Shown here: positions 50,241 to 61,419 of the stretch, piece after piece | How positions within the stretch are numbered: position 1 is the first letter of the stretch | Layout of the letters: each line of letters opens with the position of its first letter | Source of the DNA: Balanoglossus misakiensis | Taxonomy: Eukaryota > Animalia > Hemichordata | DNA length: 64,000 nt | Direction: 5' to 3' | Assembly: GCA_040954595.2 (NCBI GenBank) | Contig: CM082591.2 | Span: forward strand, 5,983,009-6,047,008 | Program-made: the position numbers and the translations under genes | The notes under the pieces: generated by a model | Told to the model about the DNA's origin: nothing | Database searches by the model: none | What the model saw: only the letters and a program-made list of their open reading frames with translations

Positions 50241-53200
50241 TATTTCAGAGTCAGATAGATACATAATGAACAGCACAACCCCATCCCCTCCCCCCAAATT
50301 TATCTGTATGTAGTCTAACCACACCATGGAAATAAACATGTATAGCTAACCCCTGCCCCTTTATTGAAGAAATGTCATGCCTCATGTTATAAAAATCTAT
50401 CTATGACCCCTTTCACCACTGTGGTTCGGTCCAATTTTTCTATCATTAACTTAGACCTCTATACAGGGGAATGGAGGTGAAGGGCCAAAAATAGTAATTT
50501 GTTCAAATCATTTCACATTACCGATTTGACAGGCAAAGATTAACAGACACAATCTCATCTACAAAGCAAACAAATCAAAGGGGTGACTTGCAAATATCTC
50601 CAGCTTGTATTGATTTATACTGAGCTAATAGTTTGTTTTTAGATTATCGGTAAACGATTTTTAAGAGACTCTGATCCAGTCCAATACCTGATACAGTATT
50701 TGTTTTTCTAGAGGAAGATATCATTATCAACAAATTAAAAATCTACACCTTTGGTAGCGGAAATGGGGAAAATGTTTGAGTCCGCCACTATGATTAAAAT
50801 TAATGAAGGAAACTGACTAATTATACTGTAAAAACAGTGTAAATATGTCAATATTTGTTTAATTGATGCGTGGTGCTGACAGGTACACTCAGATCGAGGT
50901 ACCTGGTACTTGTAGATCAAAGTCTCTTTCAGTAAACCTAATTTAGAATGAAGGACAGCTACCGCTGGGTTTCAAACAAAATGGCCACATTCATCCAATA
51001 TCCCCAACAGAGAATAACAATGAGAACTTTCAAATACAATTTGTATGTACTCCTCCACTTGTGAGTACAAATGTACAATGTTCTGGACTCCGCAACACAC
51101 ATGCATAGTTGGCTGAAACCAGTCTTGGGAATTCACCTATTTTTAATCTTAATGGCTGGCTAGTCTGGTATCAGTATTCATAGCAACTATCATCAAAACA
51201 GTTTATATAGGATGATGTACCTATAATAAACAGTTACGTGAAGTAATTAAGACAAGTTGCTGGTGACAAAACAATGGGGTAACTATGGCTGATTATCCAA
51301 TTTAGACAAATTAAGGGATGGGCCATTAGACATCTCAGGTGGGGGGACTGCCATGGAAGGAAAGCGCTCAAACGCATTTGAGAGGGGAGTAGGATGTTTT
51401 TTTGGAAATAATGTCCCTCTTTTCATTACAACATTATTCCTGTGCATCCTTACGCCCAAAATCTTGGGAGGGTCGTCGAACTCACAACTCATGTTGTAAT
51501 AAGAAGCCCAAGCGATAAAAATTCCCACCCAATTTGTCAAATCCAAATTACCAAGCATTGTGATATCGTATTACAGCCACAAAAGTGACCACTCACACCT
51601 TCTACGCTTCACCAACCAATGACAATTCTCCACATTACGTCAGTGAACAGCGCAACAGTGTAATCTGTCACGCAACACAAATCACCATTTTTCTTCAGCT
51701 GCGAATTCCCTGGGTTCAATCATAACCCCAACAAATAAAGGCAATGCTTTCCCCAGACTACTAAGAAATGTGTAAGTTAACCCTTTCACTCCCAGTTCCC
51801 TCTTTAGAGGTGAAACCTAACCATAGAAAAACAATGGATTTGGACTGAACCATGGTGGTGAAAGGGTTAAAGGTCTAACCTGAGTCCATCAATCACCTAA
51901 TATCTGAAGCAATTTTAGGCAGTTGTCATTAGCCTGGCTAGATTTCTAATTTCTAAATCTTGTTTAATTCCTGCAAAAGATTTTACTGACAAACCTTTAT
52001 TGCATGTTATGTCCCTGACAACAGGGGCGTAATTATTACTCAGGTAGTTTCTGGTAAAATTACAAAATGAATTTTAAAAAAAATAAGTAAAATATACTGC
52101 AAATTGGGTGGCCCACAGAGAGAACAGAACAAAACAAATCAATTATCAAGCCTAATTAACCTACTATTTAAAGAGCCTAGTAGGATTCCAACTTGTGGTC
52201 TTTGCTACCTAACACCTGAGTGGATATCTGGCCTGACGTCAACAAAAGACATATGTACACAACCACACAATGCGCAGCTGGGTCTGACATGTAATCACTT
52301 AAAAGTGATACTGAACAATTCCAATCCTTGTTATGTTACAGCCAGCTCAAGAAGCAGAGCTCAAGGAAGTCACCAAGATGTCCCAATCAATTTCCATTGC
52401 AACATACTTTCTTTCCTACAAAACCAATAATACAATTGGATTGGTATTGACGTGTCATAATTATCCTAAATGTATATTTCTTTCCATACGTCAACAAACA
52501 GAAATATACAGAAGGAAAATGAAAGAGACATATCTTAACTGTATTTCAGCAATAATGCAACTTTTCCAGCATATATGCAGATCTCTATGTACATTTGAAC
52601 CTACCTTATCAAATTCAACCTACCAGCACACCCAAAAACTCATCTACGGTACCCATTATACCCATATTGATTGTAACCAAACAACCGTATCTAGCAACCT
52701 ACACTGACTCTCCCCCCCCCCCCCCTCACCAAACTCAAACCCCCAATTCCATTCAATTTCCAAATGCAACTTAGCAATCTGATTCAATCAAGTGTTTCCT
52801 TATTGAACTTCTTCAAGGAACATTACCACTCCAAGGGACCAACTCAATATTTAATTCTTTTCCACCATTGCAAAACAACACATTTAAAACTTGAACAACA
52901 CAACCATGATAACACAGTTTCTGCTCTGTACACATTCTTATCTGCAAGATCTCGCTTTCTGTCGCAAATGAGAATAAAATGAATGCTTTTCAGACTTTGA
53001 TTTATGAATCACCCCATCGCTATACAAACAATCAAACAAAACAGTTCAGATTACGTGTAATTTATGTCTGCAGTGACATTTCAATCAGAAATGTGTTTTT
53101 TTATCTCAACATGAAACATTACTCATGCTGTATTTTTGACTATTTTTACCATTTTTCTACACTTATTTGTTCAAATTTAATGAATTTGTCCTACTTATTA

Positions 53201-53692
53201 ACTTATTTATTTCTAATTTATCTGATTTTAAATTACTTGATACAAAAATGCTGATGTAAGAATTCACCTTGCAACTCCATCCATTTGAAACATCTTTGTG
53301 AGAACTTATTTTATAAAGTTTAGTGTGAGTTTATTTTTCCCCTAAAAAATGTTGCAAAACATATAACAATTCATAATTCTCAAAGTACATACTCAATAAA
53401 GATTTTGTAATTTCACTAAATCTGATATCCAGTGTTCCAGACTGCATTGGTTGATAAACATTCACTTGTATAAATTATATAATTTAACAGGAAATACATT
53501 CAAGATAATTTGCGGGCCGTCAACATATAAATTCAGAAGGTATCAATTAAAAAATTGGTTGACGCTACAGCTGTATGAGTAAGGAACACGCTCTCATTAA
53601 AAATTTACAGCGCAAATTTCGTCTGGAGCTCACAGTGAAAGCGCATTGAATCAAATATCCATTCTTCAGTCAATGCGTCATAATGTTATTAA

Positions 53693-54044
53693 AGGGACAA
53701 AGTCTCTCTCTTGCTGCCCTTTTTCATTAATTATGTTTGATACAAGACACCGTTTATGTTAATATACATGTGGATATGTAGTGAAGGAACGTTCAACCAC
53801 ACACACACCTTCTATCCCGCTTGTAGACACAAGAGTGAAAAACTCGCCAAAATGAATAAATGGTAAACACCGATTATTCATTTTGGCCAGATTTTTACTC
53901 TCATATCCTACAAATGGGATGGAAGTTGTGTGTGGTTGAATGTTGATTCACTATATATCCACATGTATGTAGAATAAAATAAACAGTGTCTTGTATCAAA
54001 CATAATTGATGGAAAAAGGGCAGCGGGAGAGAGACTTTGTCCCT
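53693..54044. mobile_element. MITE family A, intact copy with TTAA TSD
   Basis: TTAA on both sides and full TIRs. Confidence 0.92.
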
Positions 54045-55722
54045 TTAAACCCTCTATAATCCAGCAGATCGTTGATTCATAGACACAATATTCAGCACTA
54101 AATGGAACCGCGAAGCCGTCACTGAATCAATGACCGAATGTTTAGTCTCCGACGTGGTTGCCAAGAGGCTGGGCGGCCATCTCCCCCCGCACCCCCGGTC
54201 TGTTCAAAGTTCTATTGTAAATCAAACCAGGTCATAAACTTAGAAACACTGACCTACGCGCCGAATAGAACCGCAGTCTTTGTTTGCCACAATATATAAG
54301 ACCACAATGAACTATCAATGGCTGGAGATTGTTGTCAGAAATGGCAGCATTCTTTATCATAATCTAAATATAAATGTACAATCTTGTAGGTTGCTCGGTT
54401 CATAGAATGGGTGAAGACATGATCATATTGCAAAAACAAGGCTTGCGGACAATTCAATCTGAACTAATCGTCAGCTACAAGATCTGAATATATTTTTTGA
54501 AAACATATTGATTTCTGGGGTATTTTATAAATAGAAACATAATTAATATACTTTTTCACATGCTACAAAGAATATAAAATAAGAGATTATCAATTTAAAA
54601 TACAATATTTAAATTTAAATAGGAAAATGAGTGATGTAACTATGTGTGATTGGTTGATTTATTGGTTGCATTATTTGCATATATTATCACAAAAATGACT
54701 TAACAGTGTTCTCCCCTGAGCAATTAAAGCACAATGGCTACTACTCTTTTATTTTGGCCAAACAATAGAACTCATTATCATAACAATTACAACCATTGTT
54801 ATATATTTAGCAGCTACCCTGTGAGAAACCATTAGTTTATGCAATAACCTTCACTCTTTGTTTACATGTACATTACATTGACTGTCATTTCGCTCAGATA
54901 GTTTGATAAACCAAAGTTAATAGTTGCTGAATTTATGTTCTCATAAAGACTAAAGAATGAGCCAATATAATTTGTATTTTATGCTATGAGATTGGACACT
55001 AGTACCCTGTAAACCCATTGATAGGCAAATGTTTGTTTTCCCATTAAACATACAAAAAAACTTCAAATAAAATTTCAAAATAATTTACGCCGTTGGACTG
55101 TGCTTTGCGGGAACGTGTGAATCTTATTGGTAACGTTTTCTCTGCAGCTAAACGTGGGGCAATGTGGATATTTATTTTCCATTACTTCTGTCAATAAATG
55201 CAACATTCTTTTTCCGGCTACCGGGGCACACAAACGTCCGACGATCGAATATTGAAATGAACATATTCAATCAAACTGAGACTTTAATGGCTGGGCCTGG
55301 GCCTGGGGGGAACGATACTGTTTATCGTGAGTTACAGTTGAAGGTTGGGAACTACTGCGTGTCACATTTTCGCTTCTTATTGTCGTGTTGTCATTGGCGT
55401 TTGAATGCAAGTCTAATCGACGTTGCCCTTGGAAATGCAGACATGCCGAAAACGTCCACCGGTGGTCGCCATGACCGCAACACGCTGAAGAAGCATTGTG
55501 ACCCAATGATCGCCTAATAAATTTTCAGGCGTGCCAAAGTAACTTCGGGAACGCAATCATTAGATCGGTTACTTGTCTTAAGACATCAGATGGGTGGCTG
55601 AAGGGCACTGAATTCGTCTAGAAGTGCGGAGCGTGTGATCGGACTGTGTTTTCCAACTCCGTAACAAGGTGTCATATCGATTAGCCAGTAACGGTACATG
55701 GTTTCCGTACGGAGCCACTCAC

Positions 55723-55900
55723 CTGAAGCGAACACGAGAAAAAAGTTGTTCGTCGTGTATCCAATCTGCGGGTAGAATCGCGCCCAACGTCGGGCCACAG
55801 CAAAGCCAATGAAGTAAACTTGTTGTTGTGCTCAAGCGATCTTCTAAAAATCCACGGGTTAGCGAGAAAACGGACGGTGTTTCAATTATTTACACTTACG
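55723..55900 (-). other. DCDC1: Probable non-coding first exon (5' UTR) of DCDC1; upstream boundary approximate
   Basis: Consensus donor CAG|GTGAGT (plus-strand actcac 55717-55722) in a CpG-rich stretch. The ATG exon has its own acceptor at 49856-49858, so an upstream exon is required. Confidence 0.6.
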
Positions 55901-55929
55901 ATACTACCATCACCGCCATTATTGTCAAG

Positions 55930-55980
55930 CTATGTCACCTAGGAGATGACGTCATGACGCTTTTGTTGCCCAGCGTCGAA
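55930..55980 (-). promoter_or_regulatory. Putative DCDC1 proximal promoter with a CRE palindrome and RFX X-box-like sites
   Basis: ATGACGTCAT at 55946-55955. Imperfect X-box-like GTCACCTAGGAGAT (55934-55947) and GTTGCCCAGCGTC (55965-55977). CpG-rich and just upstream of the candidate first exon. Confidence 0.4.
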
Positions 55981-56177
55981 GACCTGCGAGGGCGCTAGTC
56001 CACAGTATTCGACAGGGGTTGACCTGAGGTCATATCCCAGGTATCCGGGCCTGTTCTGGTCAAAATTGTGTTTTATTGATTTTATATGTTAGGATTAATT
56101 TTATGTAGACTGGCGGCGGCTGTCACTGTCCTTTCGAATTTCATGACTTTGTTGTGAACATTCGTGTTCAATTGATA

Positions 56178-56497
56178 ATTATATTATACCAGCTCAGTAT
56201 ATTGATGGTGTAAATCACGCTATTTGATTGATCGAGACACGACACGTGACCGTGATATATTAGCCATATACCACAGTCATATATCATAGTCAAAGAAAAT
56301 GCCTTTTTAAAATGTTTTATGCAAAGTTTCAATATACTGGCATAATATAATAGCAATAAAACACCCCCAGCCATGGTATACCACTCGATTTTGACCAGTT
56401 CAACTCCATATACGCACTCGCTATCGCTCGTGCGTATATGTCGTGAACTGGTCAAAATCTCGTGGTATACCATGGTTGGGGGTGTTTTATTGCTTAA
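56178..56497 (-). mobile_element. Crypton-A-like element, inverted near-identical copy of 26468-26782
   Basis: The same spurious 90+ aa ORF appears in both copies; about five substitutions or small indels. Confidence 0.7.
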
Positions 56498-56653
56498 GTT
56501 AACAACATTAATATAAATATTGCACAGCTATTTTCTCTCGTATGTGGCAGTCTTGACTAATTTTATTCACCAAGAAATACTTCAAAAATTGAATATAATA
56601 AAGTTTTAAAAAATCAACAAAAATAGTCCACACATAACATTCATTCAAATGAG

Positions 56654-59186
56654 TGCAGCCCATAGTGCAAAAAGTTAGGTGACGTCAAAAAAAACTTTAA
56701 ACGCTTGGTGGCGACATTTACGATTCCCGAACAGACCTCAATCTCTTTGTCTACCACCAGGTGCGAATCTGTCTGGCAATGTACGCTCGTTTTCAATATA
56801 TATTTAAATTTTGTGAACAGGATTGTTGAATTAGGTCAACGCCCGGGTCAACGTAAATTGGAGCGTCTACGTTGCACACCTGTTCCAGAGTGTAGAGCCT
56901 AATCGACCAATCACAAGTGCTGTCTACTTGTTTCTTTTGTGGGGGGATAGTGACTGACCAATCAGAATTGTCGGGTCGAAATTAATAATTAATTAGCCAG
57001 ACAGGGATGGCGAGTGACCTCGATTGCGTGTCGTGCTCAGCCATTTCCTCTCGTCTAAGTAATTTTCTTCACCAGGAAAAAAAACATCAAACAAGTTGCA
57101 TATAACAAAGTTTAAAAAAGGCAACAAAAATCGTCCACGTTATACAGCCTACAAAGTCAAAAATGTTCAAGGTTCTAGCTTACAAAGTCTTAATTATAGT
57201 CTGTGCAATGATAATTTCTCATTAAAAATAAAAAATTACCGCTCTATAACTCTCTCCTATCATGAAGGTTCTTAGATAGGCAGTTTCTTGCATAGCCGTG
57301 GTTCTTACCGAAAAATCGTGGTTCTTACCGAAAAATCGTGGTTCTTACGTTATACAGCTTACAATGTCAAACATTTTCAAGGTTCTAGCTTACAAAGTCT
57401 TCATTTTAGTCTATGCAATGATAATTTCTCATTAAAAATTAATAATTACCGCTCTATAGCTCTCTCATATCATCGAGGTTCTTAGATAGGCAGTTTCATG
57501 CATAGCCGTGGTAAGGTTCTTACCGAAAAATCGCGGTTCTTACCGAAAAATCGTGGTTCTTACACAAAAATTGTGGTTCTTAGGTTATACAGCCTACAAA
57601 GTCAAAATTTTTCAAGGTTCTAGCTTACAAAATTTTCATTTTAGTCTATGCAATGATAATTTCTCATTAAAAATTAACAATTACCGCTCTATAGCTCTCT
57701 CATATCATCAAGGTTCTTAGATAGGCAGTTTCATGCATAGCCGTGATTCCTACGGAAAAGTCGTGGTTCTTACCGAAAAATCGTGGTTCTTACGTTATAC
57801 AGCCTACAAAGTCAAAATTTTTCAAGGTTCTAGCTTACAAAGTCTTCATTTTAGTCTATGCAATGACAATTTCTCATTAAAAATTAACAATTACCGCTCT
57901 ATAGCTCTCTCATATCATCAAGGTTCTTAGATAGGCATTTTCATGCATAGTCGTGGTTCTTACCGAAAAATCGTGGTTCTTACCGAAAAATCGTGGTTCT
58001 TACGTTATACAGCCTACAAAGTCAAAATTTTTCAAGGTTCAAGCTTACAAAGTCTTCATTTTAGTCTATGCAATGATAATTTCTCATTAAAAATTACCAA
58101 TTAACGCTCTATAGATCTCTCATATCATCAAGGTTCTTAGATAGGCAGTTTCATGCATAGCCGTGGTTCTCACGGAAAAATCGTGGTTCTTACCGAAAAA
58201 TCGTGGTTCTTACGTTATACAGCCTACAAAGTCAAAATTTTTCAAGGTTCTAGCTTACAAAGTCTTCACTTTAGTCTATGCAATGATAATTTCTCATTAA
58301 AAATTTACAATTATCTCCCTATAGCTCTCTCATATCATCAAGGTTCTTATATAGGCAGTTTCATGCATAGCCGTGATTCTTACCGAAAAGTCGTGGTTCT
58401 TACCGAAAAATCGTGGTTCTTACTTTATACAGCCTACAAAATCAATTTTTTTCAAGGTTCTAGCTTACAAAGTCTTCATTTTAGTCCATAGAGCGGTAAT
58501 TGTTAATTTTCAATGATAAATTTTCAATGCATAGACTAAAATGAAGACTTTGTAAGCTAGAACCTTGAAAATTTTGACTTTGTAGGCTGTATAACGTGGA
58601 CGATTTTTGTTTCATTTTTATAATTTGTTATATGCAACTTCTTTAATGTTTTTCCTGGTGAAGAAAATTACTCAGACGAGAAGAAATGGCTGAGCAAATT
58701 CCTCGATTTTTTATTCAATAACATTGATCACAATTTCTGCATCTCAGCTAAAATATAAATTGTAGTGAGGTCAATCAGTTCGGATAGCATACACGACATG
58801 CAATCGAGGTCACTCGCCATCCCTGTCTGGCTAATTAATTATTAATTTCGACCCGACAATTCTGATTGGTCAGTTACTATCCCCCCACAAAAGAAACAAG
58901 TAGACGGCCCTTGTGATTGGTCGATTAGGCTCTACACTCTGGAACAGGTGTGCAACGTAGACGCTCCAGTTTACGTTGACCCGGGCTTTGACCTAATTCA
59001 ACACGCCTGTTCACAAAATTTAAATATATATTGAAAACGAGCGTACATTGCCAGACAGATTCGCACCTGGTGGTAGACAAAGAGATTAAAGGTCTGTTCG
59101 GGAATTGTAAATGTCGCCACCAAGCGTTGGAAATTTTCGTGACGTCACCTAACTTTTTGCACCATCGGCTGCAGTTCAGTGCAGGG
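56654..59186. mobile_element. Foldback-type element with inverted arms of about 600 bp, an internal tandem array and a piggyBac-like right end
   Basis: Left arm 56654-57247 is the reverse complement of 58488-59173, apart from about 96 extra bp in the right arm. Right terminus CAGTGCAGGG|TTAA; left terminus missing. Confidence 0.85.
57138..58486 (+). repeat. 210-bp tandem array (about 6.3 units) with internal 20-bp subrepeats
   Basis: Units start at 57138, 57348, 57583, 57793, 58003, 58213, 58423. Subrepeat GTGGTTCTTACCGAAAAATC occurs 2-3 times per unit. Confidence 0.97.
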
Positions 59187-59567
59187 TTAAGTCTAAAATA
59201 TTACTAAAATGCATGCATATGTCAACAACCTCTTCATTTGAAGAAAAGTTATTTAAAATCCAAAGACTACACACAGACTTTAGTATTTTCTACTAAGTTA
59301 ACCAAATTTTAATCATTCTGTAAAGTCAATCATACAGAAACATGTGATATGCCTTTTCATCCCACATTTAAATAAATTTACATATCACTTCTTACCCCTT
59401 ATTTCAAATAATGTTTAGATTGCGACAAACTCAGGCATGCTTACGTATACCTATATGTATAAACACAGATGAAATTGATACATGTACTCTTAGTGGGAAA
59501 AAAAATCGCACAAAAATTGTCGTTTAAGATTAGCACACAACTTGGGTTAGAATGGTTGAATACTTAA

Positions 59568-59914
59568 AGGGACAAAGTCTCTCTCTCGCTGCCATTTTTT
59601 CCATTAATTATATTTGATACAAGACACCGTTTGTTATTCTACATGTGGATATATAGTGAATGAACGTTCAACCACACTCAACTTCCATCCCTCTTATAGA
59701 CAGGAGAGTGAAAAAATTCGCCAAAATGAATAATCGTTCTTTACCATTTATTCATTTTGGGCAAGTTTTTACTCACATATCATACAAGTGGGATGGAAGT
59801 TTTGTGTGATTGATCATTGATTCACTATGCATCCACATGTACACTAACATAAACAGTGTCTTGTATCAAACATAATTAATGGAAAAGGGGCAGCTGGAGA
59901 GAGACTTTGTCCCT
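59568..59914. mobile_element. MITE family A, intact copy with TTAA TSD
   Basis: TTAA on both sides; near-identical reverse complement of the 36531 copy. Confidence 0.92.
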
Positions 59915-61419
59915 TTAAACAACGACAATTGTCTTATGCACATGTGTATTTTCATGTGTATAAACATAACGTCCAATCCAAATGTATTGCAAATTTTGCG
60001 TTCAATGTTGTAGGGCAACACCAGAACAACCCAAACTTAGAACAGAATCAATAGGATATTGTCAATATACTTTATTTCCCAAACAAGAAGTAATTTACAT
60101 GAAATCGGAAAGTCCCCATCAAACATGCACATGTCTCTAAAAAAATTCCATTCCAAAATTCCTGAACAACAATACACCAGCCAATAATTTAATGTAATGT
60201 TTCTATCAGTATTGGCACTCAACATGCTCAACCAATCAAATAAACTGGTGCTCACAATGATGGACCAATCAGAGATCAGAGAGACATCTTGAAATTTCTA
60301 TTGTTGGTATCGTAAAGAAGGCCAATATGTCGCCTTGACAACTGCAAAAATAAACTATAAAATATCACTTAAGTTGCACATTTCATAAAGTTTTATAAAC
60401 GAAAAGAAAACCAAAAGTGATAAGATTTTAAGTGACAGAGAAAAACAAGTAAGTATTTAAAAGCTTGAAAATTCAGTGACATGACAATAAACACTACTTT
60501 AGATTCTGTGGTAAATAGTATGGTTGGCATCAGAAAATTAATGTTGGCCGGTATAGGTGTAGGTTTTCCTTACAATGTAGGATCATAGCCATACTAGTTT
60601 GGTCCAGGTGGGAAGGGGGTTTAGACCCACTGTAAGATTCGAGTCGTACAAAATTATTTTTTGTTATTTCTACATTGCCCATATTCTGTCCTGTACACTC
60701 ACCAAACAGGTTTTGAAGATGGTTCAATGACTACTCCAGAAATAAACTTTCTCTTGTTTTTAGTTTTAGTACGATTTGCTTGACTAGAATAGATATCACT
60801 TTCAAGCTCAGTTGGTATTATGACATAAACACTTATAAGTCAATTTAGAGAAAACTCTGGCGACAGTATAGCCAAGGAAACTTGTTTGGCACCTTGTGAA
60901 ATTCCCAATGTGTACATAAAACCTTTTGTGGTCACACAAAAACATATGTAAGAAACTAGTTTGGGAATTTCTTAAATCCTCAAATTTATTTTATTTTTAT
61001 ACTGGGCCAACAAGCCAAGTTTCAGGTATGCTGTTTTCAATTAGGAATATTTTCTACTTTCAAAATGGTAACCTGTGCTTACAATCGCTGAATACACCAT
61101 GTTAAAGAAATATATTTCCAAGCTTTTTATGTCTCAATTACAACAAAAAATTGCTAAGAACTAAAATAACTTTGAAAATAAAACTATTCAGTTCTACATG
61201 GTCAGCCACTTGATATCCAAAGTTGACAACTTTATACCATATTTTTTATCCATCACAAAGTATCTAAAAATTGACAAAAATTTTCTCAGAAATTTACAAG
61301 TTGAAGGATTTTGTTTGAGTGTCGTTTCAGAATCGAATGGTTGACCAGAACACCGCAGCGAGATAGAAACTAGTTAACTATACAAGGAATGTGTGCGTGT
61401 GTGAGTGTCTGTGAAAATG

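Noticed and set aside
57138-58486. CRISPR-like array, or repeated small ORFs (MHSRGSYRKIVV...)
   Set aside because: The units are near-identical along their whole length, with no unique spacers and no cas genes. The ORFs are by-products of the satellite.
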